Shown here piece after piece: positions 1 to 11,200 of a DNA stretch of 20,000 bases; positions within the stretch are counted from its first letter, which is position 1, and each line of letters starts with the position of its first letter. This DNA comes from Piedraia hortae CBS 480.64 (Eukaryota), in NCBI GenBank assembly GCA_010093745.1, contig MU006027.1, positions 47,430-67,429 on the forward strand. Reading direction: 5' to 3'. The position numbers were made by a program, and so were the translations under genes. The notes beneath the pieces were generated by a model that saw only the letters and a list, made by a program, of their open reading frames with translations, made no database searches and had not been told where the DNA came from.

Positions 1-245
1 CGCTCAGAATAATGAAGCCAACCCGTCAGGACTGTTGGAGCACATCTATTGCAGCAGATAGGAGGTTTGAGAGCACGGCAAGGACCGGATGCCCGTAAAG
101 TTCGAGCGTCTCCTGAGATCGTAGGCAAGCTTCAAACGGTTCACGCATCTCGACGTACCAATGGTTATTTACTGTTTCGGCTTAAGCCTCCGCCTGCGAT
201 GTGCATTTATGGGCGACTGGGAGCACCTGGGTTCTTCGGGATAGT

Positions 246-1088
246 CTACATACAGGCGGCTCCATCAATGCCAATGACTTTACCGTTCACCCATTCGCCA
301 TCTTGAGATGCCAAGAAAGCTACGACTCGCGCAATGTCGATGGGTTGACCAACACGGTTCATTGGTGACCATGTTGCAGCATACTGTTCTAGTTAGCACT
401 GTCCAAAATACTTCGACGAAGAGACAGAATGACATACCTCATCAACTTGGTCATCAGTAAGATTGGCTCCGTTGGGGATGTATTCTCGGCAAACAGCGTG
501 ATACATGTCCGTTTTGATTCCACCTGGAGCGACGCAATTGACAGTAATCTTCTTGTCGCCGCAGTCAATTGCCATGCAGCGAACGAAAGTCTCAATGGCG
601 CCTTTGGAACCCGAGTAAACCGTGTGCTTGGGCACACCTTTAGCCTGACCGCAGATTGAACCCATGAGGACAATGCGCCCACCAACAGAGAGATGTTTGT
701 AAGCCTCACGCGCAACAAAGAATTGACCCCGTGTATTAATGCGGAACACGCGATCAAATTCCTCCTCAGTAACGTCCTTCAAGTGACCAAAAGAGACAAC
801 TCCAGAATTGGAAACGACAATGTCCAATTTGCCGTAGTGCTTGATTGCCTCGTCCATGAGCTGCGCAGTCTGGCTGACGTCGCCAACGTCGGCCTTCAGA
901 GCAATGGCATCGCCGCCGGCTTTTTTGATTTGCTCCACTACACCATTGGCAGCTTCACTGGAATTTGCGTAATTGACGACTACTTTGGCACCGCGAGAGG
1001 CCAGTTCAGTCGCGATGCTCGCTCCAATGCCGCGGCCAGAGCCGGTAACGAGCGCTACTTTGCCGTCGAGTCGGGAAGTGTCTGGCAT
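246..1088 (-). CDS. THR1: Hydroxynaphthalene reductase of DHN-melanin synthesis (SDR family; 1,3,8-trihydroxynaphthalene reductase type), ~262 aa; exons 1088-438 and 383-246, intron 437-384
   Basis: Rossmann motif [13 protein letters not shown], catalytic YSGSK (YxxxK) and the [20 protein letters not shown] segment typical of THR1/BRN1. Intron GTATGT...GCTAAC...CAG (54 nt) restores the C-terminus [45 protein letters not shown]. Located next to CMR1 and PKS1. Confidence 0.93.
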
Positions 1089-2010
1089 TGTCCAACGTTT
1101 GTTGAGAGTTGGAAAGAAGAATGTAAGAAGAGCGGGAGAGCGACGCCTTTAAGGTTCGCAGGGGTTAGTCCTCTGATGGCGCCGGGAGGGGTCACATCAG
1201 GGGTTCTTTATCATCTGGGACTGCATGTGCACAACTGTCCTGACGGCCTTTAGCCTTTCGGTCGAGGTCGGGGCAAAACCCGGGACAATCGGCCGCCGCT
1301 GATGACGGAAACGTTCCATTTCTAATGCATTCCGTAGCCTTGCGATAGACGTCGATCTCGAAGATAGCCAGGCGGAGTGATCAACGCACCGAGATGCAAA
1401 CAGCCGGCAATACGACGCCACCAAGTATGTTTAGAAGCAATACCCTGGGTGGCAAACGCCGAATCTCGATGGCACAGGTGGCTCAAGGGTGACGAAGGAT
1501 AGTGAGGAAGCGACTCGTTTCTGTTCGTACTCGAGCGACTCTGCAGGTGCACCAAAACTGTCACGGAAAGCTAAACCAACCTAAACTAGTATGTCAGATA
1601 GGCATTTGTTTTGGGAAACATCCGCGGAGACGTGGAACTTCGGGACATTTCCACTAAACAAATTCGTGCAGTGGGGCAACCTTTGTTGGGGACATGAAGT
1701 AACGTTCGCTGATGCCATGATGCATTTCACTCGCCGACACGAGGCCGACGCTTGTCAACGATGCCACGTGCATGACAATATCCAGGCTTGCATGTGAATC
1801 TAATCCGTCAACCTTGATGAGCGCGGCGCTGCATTGCCCGGAAAAGAGCACTGGTTCCTTTGGTGCGCAGCTTTTAACGTGTGCCAAAGAGATACGCCGA
1901 GCAATCAGTGATTGGTCAACGCCGCACAATAATTAAATTGCTTCATCAAATTTCTATCTGCACTAACTTGAGGCTTTGATCTACTGTAATTTCATACGTC
2001 GTTGCATGTG

Positions 2011-4245
2011 TCATTGCAGTTTCTCCAAATGCATCCTCGTCTCTTGTGACAGACCTGCTGGTGTACCGTCTTCAATCAACTCAAGACAAACAGTAGATGC
2101 TTCAGACAAAGGCACAAGGCTGCCATCGCGTTTGATCAAGCACGGCGTTCCTTGATGCTTGAGCCGGTAGCGTACGATAAGCGGGTGGTTGGGCTCAAGC
2201 GTATCTACGGCAAATGTCTGACGCGGACTGGGAAGAATCTCTGGAGAATGACGAGTATTGTGCCCCTGACTTTTCAAAAGCGCACCGACACGCTCAACAG
2301 CTTGCGTCCACCACAGTGGACGCCCACAACGTGGCATTGAACGAATCAAGCGAAGCACCTGTCCACAGTGGAATATAGCTGCTTCCGGATCACGGACCAC
2401 CATTTGGTTTGAGTCAGAAACAGTTTGAAGACTGATAAGATGGAACGTTGCCAGGCTAGCACGCATAACGGCTCCGACAGGATTCGATAACAGGTGTCGC
2501 TCTGCTAGTCTGTACCATCGGTCCAGCAACACCTGCACCTCGTCTAAGCGCGTATATGAGGATTGTGCGGTAAGCGAACCACGCTCAAAGCCCCAACCAA
2601 AGTAGCAAAAAAGCTGGTTGTCCTGGATTGCCCAAGACTGTAGCGGATGCAGCAGAAGGCGCAGCTGCAGAGGTGTTACCTCCATGACCTCATTGTTGAG
2701 AAACTTGCCAAAGAGATCCCGTAGCGATGGCGGCCTCACCCCAGATCCCAAAGACGAGATGCCATCTGCGAATCGATGCACACGCTCGAACAAAACAGAC
2801 CACTCCAGGGCGTTTTGCGCCTGCCAGAGACAATCAGCATCGGGCAGAGGAGCAAGGCATTCGCTAACAGTCCATTGTGGGGGTAGATTGCGGAAGAGGG
2901 CAAGTTCCTGGTCGGCCACAAGCCATGAGTAGAGGAGGCGACTACGGCCTTCCTGATGCACCCAGTCGTCCCAAAGTTGGCTGGGATCGGTGGGGGCCGG
3001 GACACTAAAGAGCGGGCCGGGCCGGGAGAAGTCAGACCTCCGCATTATTTCCAAGCAGACTCCAGATTGGCCCACGGCAGTCGTCTCCAGCCTCTCCTCG
3101 CCACTCCAGCCTGCTTGCATAGTGAGCAGTAGCGCGGCATGGAGGAGGATGGGCTCAAAGTCGAAGCCGGTGTTCCGCTCCGTCAGTTCTCTTAGTGAGC
3201 TGCGGCACACCTCGGTCAACCCATCCATCAACAGCCTGGCCTCAGTTGACTGCACGTCCCGGGCCCCCAGAGCAATCATGCTGAGAGCTAGTAGGCTGGC
3301 TGAGCGGTCCTGTCGTGAAGAGCGAAGCAACGTATTCACATCCAAAACGCCGCGGGGAGAGAGTGGATAATATCGTCCAAGAGAGGCGGCATACGATTGA
3401 AGCATCCGGTCCAATACTCTGGTGGACAGCAATGGGACGAATGAAGATGGGCAGTGCACTTGTTTAGCACGGTGCAGATATGACTGAGTAAATGCGAGGA
3501 GCTTGTCGCGACTGGCATCGAGTAGAGGCAGAACAGCCACGTCACCATCCTCATGCGCTTGCCAGTCTAGCACCAAAGTACTCCACTTCTCATCGCGCAA
3601 TGCTTGCGCAGGGCCATCGAGGTTCAGCGACGGAAACGTCCATCTTGGGTCCCGCAAGCCCGGCTGAAGATCCGCAGGCTCGGTGTCGAGGTCGCAATCG
3701 ACTGGAGGTACTTTCGGCGACTCACCCGGGGCAATGAACAAGGTGTCTCGATCAAAAAACACGCTAGGAGAGAAAATATCACATGCCAATGCCCAGTCAA
3801 AGGGATTGGACGTCGAGGCCTCGGATGGCTGCGCGGGGCGAAGTGGAGGGTGCTTTGTACGCTGGGTTGGACGCAAGTTGCACTTCAAGTTGCGGCTGGC
3901 GCAGCGCGAACAGGGAAACTTCCTGTCGCATTTTGTTTTTGTCTTGGCGCAGATGCTGCAAGCAATCGGCGTTCGATTGGCGGCTTTTGCGACTGATCCG
4001 TTGACATCGGATACCGTTCGCGGGCCGGGCTCTTTACCGTGAACCGTGTAGTGTCGCTTGAGGAGATCCCTAGATTACGGGGTCAGGTCTATCTTTGAAC
4101 AAGAAAGCCCAAAATACCTCCGAGAAAACGACATGTGACAAGTGACACATTTAAATGGCTTGACGTTGGTGTGCGTCAGGATATGGCGCTCGAGATGTTC
4201 GTCGCGGGTAAAGGACTGACCGCAGTAGGTGCAAAAAACCACCAT
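2011..4245 (-). CDS. CMR1: Melanin transcriptional regulator Cmr1/Amr1/Pig1 (two C2H2 fingers + Zn2Cys6 cluster + fungal TF domain), ~728 aa; exons 4245-4118 and 4069-2011, intron 4117-4070
   Basis: N-terminus MVVFCTYCGQSFTRDEHLERHILTHTNVKPFKCVTCHMSFSR. A 48-nt GT..AG intron joins it to RDLLKRHYTVH, then CSICAKTKTKCDRKFPCSRCASRNLKC (Zn2Cys6), in frame with the 625-aa ORF 2011-3888. The combination of C2H2 and Zn2Cys6 domains is the hallmark of Cmr1. Confidence 0.92.
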
Positions 4246-5205
4246 GACAGATGCGGGACCGGGATGGGTCAACATTGTTGTAAGGCAAGTGGTCGGAGAT
4301 TTTCACCAGGGTCCTTGTCGGTGGCTTTGATACAAGGCAGATCCGGGGACCTGCCAGCCGATTCACCGTCGATCGCCATGCCGCCCACCATGGCCGTCAG
4401 CCAGTGATGTCGGTGACGTTGATCAAGTCAGATATGTATACGAGCCGCGGCCCAGCTCAGCCTGTGTCGTGTTTTAAGCGGGAATTCTAAGCGACTCAAA
4501 GCGAAGACGAGCACCGGCGCGCCGGTCTCAGGTGGGTCTCAATCACGTTGCGCCCTACAAGGCCATGCGACTGCCACGCACGCCATATCTCTCGCGTCTA
4601 CGGCCACATGGAGGAGTCGGTAATCCCGGCGAGGCAGACAGTACCTACAGGCTCCGACAGCTCCGTCTCAAGCCTAGAAAACGTTGAGGAAGTGGGGTCA
4701 AATGTACCCGGTCGGACCGGCTTGCTGCGCACTTACCGTCTTTCGCTGAAAGGCTGGGGTGAGACTAGCCATTGCCCTGTTCAACCCGGACTATTTTACA
4801 TTGACGCAACAAATATAGGTCTTCAGCCACACGCATAGAGTGCCGACGCCACAAGGAAGCCGATTATGCCGGACGCCACAAGCGCCTGCCCGACACATCT
4901 TCTTCCCGACCCTCGATCTCCCGACCAGATCGAGTTCCACACGGGCCACCACCCCGCCTCGATCCTGGCCTTGCCCCTGCTTACTAACCCACCTCGCGCT
5001 GCCAACTCTATTCTATTTCCTTCGCTTTTGCCTTTCAATTCAGTCCGCAAGATGTCCCACCCATAGCTCTCTACTCATAATACCCAGCCCCCTCTCCCCG
5101 GCCTCTATCTGGAAGCTCCCGTTTCTCTTTTGATTTCCCTTCCTCTCGTTGTTGTTGTTGTTCTTCCAAACGGCCTGACTGTGATTAGCCAGCGCAGCAG
5201 CCACA
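4246..5205. promoter_or_regulatory. Divergent CMR1/PKS1 promoter region (960 bp) with CCGG palindromes, repeated GACGCCACAAG and a pyrimidine-rich PKS1 leader
   Basis: Lies between two head-to-head start codons (4245 minus, 5206 plus). Palindromes ACCGGCGCGCCGGT (4513-4526) and CCGGTC-G-GACCGG (4708-4720); CT-rich tract ~5000-5165. Confidence 0.75.
5148..5162 (+). repeat. (GTT)5 microsatellite in the PKS1 5' leader
   Basis: gttgttgttgttgtt read directly, 43 nt upstream of the PKS ATG. Confidence 0.85.
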
Positions 5206-8200
5206 ATGTCTAGCATCTTCATTTTCGGTGACCAGACGGCCGATCAATACTCGCTGCTTCACAAGATTGTTTTGAAGAAGGAGAATGCCCTGGTTCGCTC
5301 CTTTGTCGAACAGGCGTCTGTTGCGCTGCGAGAGGAAACACGCCGCCTCCCGCGGGCCCAGAGAGAAAGGATACCCGATTTCCTGTCGATCAACGACCTC
5401 AAAGAGGCCTATTATCAAAAGGGCGACAAGGTGCCCATGGTAGAAGCCGCCCTAGTCACCATCACACAGCTGGGCCACTACATAGGTTACTTCAGCGAGA
5501 ACCCCGACCAGCTGCCTGCCGCTTCAGACACTCGTTTACTCGGACTCTGCACCGGCCTGCTGGCTGCCGCTGCAGTCGTATGCTCGCGCACCCTCGACGA
5601 GCTGGTTTCGCTGGGCATCAGCTTTGTTCGTATATCGTTTCGCTGCGGCGTCGTCGCGGATGCCGTTCGCGCCCAGCTTGCTGCTCCCGGCCATGACCGG
5701 TCGTCGTGGTCCACAATCGTCACAGGCACCACCGAGAGCGTGGCCCAAAAAGCGCTTGACGACTTTCATGATGCGCACGCCATCTCACCTTCCGGACGGG
5801 CCTATGTTTCGGCCATCTCTGTCACCGCCGTGACCATCTCTGGACCGCCCAACACCTTGAACCGCTTCTTCCACGAATCCTCTGCCGTTGTGCAAGGTCA
5901 CCGAGTGCCAATTCCTGTTTACGCCCCCTACCATGCCGCACACCTTTATTCAGAGAAGGACATTGACAGGATATTGGCTCCCGTCGCCCAAGTTCTGCGC
6001 AGTCACCGTCCTGCCGTATCACCTCTTCATTCTGCGGCTTCAGGCGCGCACCTGGAAGTTTCTGATGCTGCTGAGCTTGCGCGAAACGCCATTGACGAGG
6101 TTTTGCGCCGTCCGGTGCGATGGGATCGTCTACTTGAGGAAGTCGTGTCCCAGACTGCCGCACGCGAGCGCCCAGTCAAGCTCTTTTCCGTAGGCGTGGG
6201 CAACGTGGGTGGCAGTCTCACAGCTGCTCTCAAAGCAGGCGGCCTGTCCGATGTTTCCCTAGTCGATCAACACGCCTGGCACGATGCCGGAGAGGCGACC
6301 AAAGGCCGCACCCAAAACGATAAAATCGCCATTGTTGGTATTGCTGGACGCTTCCCCAACGCCGCAAGCCATGAGGCGCTCTGGGATCTGCTCATGAAGG
6401 GCCTTGATGTCCATCGGAAGATTCCGGCCGATCGTTTCGACGCTGATGCGCATTGCGATCCGTCGGGCAAGGGCAAGAACAAATCCCACACTCCCTATGG
6501 CTGCTTTATCGATGAGCCAGGTCTGTTTGACCCCCGATTCTTCAACATGTCCCCCCGGGAGGCCGCCCAAACTGATCCAATGGGCCGTCTCGCGCTGGTT
6601 ACAGCCTACGAGGCGCTGGAGATGAGTGGCTACGTGCCCAACCGCACCCCTTCTACCAAGCTCGACCGCATCGGCACCTTTTACGGTCAAACATCTGACG
6701 ATTGGCGTGAAATCAATGCTGCGGAGAATGTCGACACGTATTTTATCACGGGCGGAGTACGTGCATTTGCACCCGGTCGGATCAACTATTACTTCAAGTT
6801 CTCCGGGCCATCATATTCTGTTGACACGGCTTGCTCGTCCTCACTCGCCGCCATACAGTTGGCCTGCACGTCTCTTTGGGCTGGTGACTGCGATACGGCT
6901 TGTGCTGGTGGCCTGAACGTCCTCACCAACCCCGACATCTTCTCCGGTCTGTCAAAGGGCCAGTTCCTCTCCAAAACGGGATCCTGTAAGACTTATGACA
7001 ACGATGCGGACGGCTACTGTCGGGGCGACGCTTGCGGCTCCGTCATTCTCAAGCGCTACGAAGATGCCGTGGCCGACAAGGACAACATCCTAGGCTGCAT
7101 ACTGGGCGCCGCGACCAATCACTCTGCCGAGGCCGTCTCCATCACACACCCACACGCTGGCGCGCAGGAGTTTCTCTACAAACGGGTTCTGGCCAACGCC
7201 GGTGTTGACGCACACGAAATCAGCTACGTCGAAATGCATGGCACCGGCACTCAGGCTGGAGACGGCATCGAGATGACTTCGGTTACCAACGTCTTTGCTC
7301 CGCGTCATCGCCAGCGTCGTCCCGAACAGACTGTGCACTTGGGCGCCATCAAGGCCAACATTGGTCATGCAGAAGCCGCTTCGGGCATCAATTCTCTGGT
7401 CAAGGTGCTTCTGATGATGCGCCACAACAAGATTCCGGCCAACGTGGGCATCAAAGGAGAGATGAATAAGACTTTTCCCGCCGACCTCGTTGACCGTAAC
7501 GTCCACATTTCAACCAAGGAGGTGCCTTGGCCACGCCATGGCGCCGCCAAGCGCAAGGTGTTCCTCAACAACTTTTCTGCTGCTGGTGGAAACACGGCCC
7601 TCTTGCTTGAGGATGGCCCCCTTCGCGAGACCCCTACCGCCGTCGACCCTCGCACCTACCTTCCGATCACGGTGACTGCTCGCTCCATTGCCTCGCTTAA
7701 GCGTAACATTGCGAACCTGCAGCGCTACATCCGAGACAACAAGGCCACAACACTCAGTTCCTTGTCTTACACGCTTACTGCCAGACGGATTCAACACAAC
7801 TACCGCGTTGCCTTTTCAATTGAGTCCATCGACAAGGTGTGTGATGCCCTGGAGTCCCAAGTGCGCGACACTTATCAGCCCGTCGCTATGACGCCAACCA
7901 AGGTCGCTTTCTGCTTCACCGGCCAGGGCTCCCAGTACACCGGCCTCGGCCAGACGCTTTATCGTGACCTACGCAGCTTTCGGAACGACATTGACCAGCT
8001 CGACCACCTCTGCCGCATCCAAGGCTTGCCGTCATTCCTCGAGCTACTGCAAGGGGCTGATGTACAGATGCTGTCACCAGTTCAAGTGCAGCTCGGCATG
8101 TCCTGCATCCAAGTTGCTCTGGCCCGAATGTGGGCTTCGTGGGGAGTCTCTCCGGTTGCTGTCATCGGCCACAGCTTGGGAGAATATGCTGCACTCCATG

Positions 8201-11200
8201 TTGCCGGAGTCATCTCCGCTGCCGACATGGTTCTTTTGGTTGGACGCCGTGCCGAGTTGCTCGTGCGTGACTGCAGCCCAAACACTCATGGCATGCTCGC
8301 TGTTAAAGGCGGTGCGGAAACCATTCGCAAGACCCTCGGTTCGGCCATGACGGAAATTGCCTGCATCAACGGACCCGAGGAGACGGTCTTGTGCGGCAGC
8401 GACGAGGTTGTGGGAGCTGCAAACGATGCCCTCTCTGCTGCTGGATTCAAGGCGACCAAGCTTAACGTCCCTTTCGCTTTCCACTCTGCTCAGGTTGATC
8501 CCATCCTGAACCCGTTTAAGGCCATTGCCGCCTCAATCACGTACCACGCCCCTACCATCCCGGTGCTGTCGCCTTTGGAGGGCACTGTCATTCGCAATGC
8601 CGATACCATTGGCCCCGACTATCTAGCCCGCCACGCGCGCGAGACGGTCAACTTCTGGACTGCTCTTAAGTCTGGATGCCAGGCTGGTGCATTTGATGAC
8701 AGAACACTCTGGCTCGAGATCGGCGCTCACCCGGTATGCTCAGGCATGGTCAAGGCCTCTGTGGGTGCCACAACCACCGCCCCTTCCCTTCGTCGGAACG
8801 AAGACGCATGGAAAACACTGGCAACCAGCCTTTGCACCCTCTCCACGGCGGGCGTTGGCATCAATTTTGATGAATATCACCGCGAATTTAACGATGCTCA
8901 AGAGCTACTCGATCTGCCAACGTATGCGTTTGACAACAAGAAGTACTGGCTTGACTATCACAACAACTGGACCCTCACTAAGGGTGAGGCGCCTCAGGTA
9001 CGCGAGGTCATTGTGGAGAAGCCTGTTGCGGGTGGATTGGCCGCCAGCGAGGCCCCCGCAAAGCGCCTGTCGACTTCTTGCCAGCGCATCGTTTCCGAGA
9101 AGTTTCATGGAAACACGGCTCACGTTGTGGTTCAGAGCAACCTGGCCGAGCCGAAGCTGTATCCGGTCGTCTGCGGCCACATGGTCAACAATGCCGCCCT
9201 CTGTCCTTCGTCCTTGTATGCCGACATGGCCTTGACAGTGGGCGATTACATCTACCGCCAGATGCGACCAGGAGGCGCTGTACCAGGCATGAATGTGTGC
9301 CACATGGAGGTTCCAAAACCTTTGATCGCCCAGATCCCGCAGCCCCCGGAGGGCCAACACCTGCAAATGGACGCCGAAGCCGACATAAGCACTGGTGTTG
9401 TAAAGCTCCATTTCCGCAGCGTGCGGCCAGACGGAACCAAGCTACAGGACCACGCACAGTGCACGTTGCGCTATGAAGACAAGTCTGCTTGGGCAGATGA
9501 ATGGGCTCGCTACAACTACATGGTCCAGGCGCAGATTGAGATGCTCCATCAGAAGGCACAATCTGGTGGCGCGCACATTGTCCAGCGCGGCATGGCCTAC
9601 AAATTGTTCAAGGCTCTGGTCAGCTACGACGCCAAATACCGTGCCATGGCCGAAGTTGTCCTGGCCAGTGGCCAAACCGAGGCGTCGGCCCAGCTGGATT
9701 TCCCAACTAAACCCGAGGACGGAGACTTTTATTGCCCGCCATACCACATTGACGGCTCCTGCCACATTTCTGGCTTCATAGTCAACGCATCAGACTTGCT
9801 GGATTCGGAGCAAAATGTCTACGTTTCGCACGGCTGGGGCGCGATGAAATTCTCGCGGCCTTTGACGGCTGGCATGAAGCTGCGAAACTACGTGCGCATG
9901 CAGCCACAGCCGGGCAACATCTCAAAGGGCGATGTGTACATCATGGAAGGCGAGACCATCGTCGCCGTTTGCGAGGGAATCAAATTCCAGCAGATCCCTC
10001 GTCGCGTCCTAAACACATTTTTGCCGCCAGTCAAAGCACCTGCTGCTCCGACCTCGACCCCAACCCCTCCTATTCGCCCAATGGCTCCTGTGCCCGCGGC
10101 CGCACCGACCCCGGCGCCTGCTAAGCCCAAGAAGAGCCCTCCTCCAAAGAAGATGGTACCTGTCAAAAAGGTCGCTGGCGGCGGGCTAGTTGACAAAGTC
10201 ATGAAGATCCTGGCCAAGGAGACTGAGGTTGACGAGGCCGAACTCGTTGATGATGCAGCGTTTGAGAATCTTGGCGTCGACTCTCTGCTGTCTCTCACCA
10301 TCTCTGCAGTTTTCCGTGAGGAGCTCGATATGGAAATCAGCTCCTCACTCTTTACCGACTATCCCACTGTTGGTGAAATGAAACGGTACTTTGCACAGAT
10401 TAGCCCCGGTGCCTCTTCTACCTCCGTCGAGGATGACTCCGATGCCGACTCGGTGTTACCGACTGGAGCGCAAACCCCCTTGGAATCTGTCTCCACGCCA
10501 GCCAGCTCAGCGCCAAGCGAAGGCGGCGAATCTGGAGCAGGATCCCCCACCCGTTTTGATGGAGGCGACGTGAGTCTGGCGCGCCACATTGTCGCACAAG
10601 AGATGGGTGTCGATCTGTCGGAAGTCACGGACGATGCTGATCTCGCCGAGATGGGTATGGACTCTTTGATGAGCTTGACGATATTGGGAGAGCTACGGGA
10701 AAAGACTGGCATCGACCTGCCCTCCACCTTCTTATCGACCAACCCGACTATCAAGGATGTGGAAGATGCGCTGGGTGTGCGGCCCAAGTCCCAGGCGCCT
10801 TCCGCTCGCCCTTCTGCTTCAGCATCTCCCGCATCGAAGATCGATATGAATGAAGTATCAACGCGATTGGCTGCTTTGAATAAGACGGACATTTCGCGAT
10901 ATCCACCCGCCACATCGGTTCTGTTGCAGGGCAATCCGAAGAAAGCCTCCAAAAAAATCTTCTTCCTTCCAGACGGATCAGGATCTGCAACGAGCTATGT
11001 ATCGATTCCCAACATTGGTCCAGACGTGTGTGCATACGGACTCAACTGCCCGTTCATGAAAGACCCGTCAAAGTGGGAGTGTGGTATCGAAGTGGTTTCC
11101 CTCATCTACCTTGCTGAGATTCGTAGGCGGCAGCCCAAAGGACCGTATATCATCGGTGGATGGTCGGCTGGCGGTGTTATTGCCTACGCAGTACAGCAAG

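Noticed and set aside
1765..1770. Single E-box CACGTG between CMR1 and THR1
   Set aside because: One 6-mer is expected by chance, and it probably lies near the CMR1 3' UTR.
10040..10170. Pro/Ala/Lys-rich low-complexity stretch in the PKS
   Set aside because: Ordinary PT-ACP interdomain linker.
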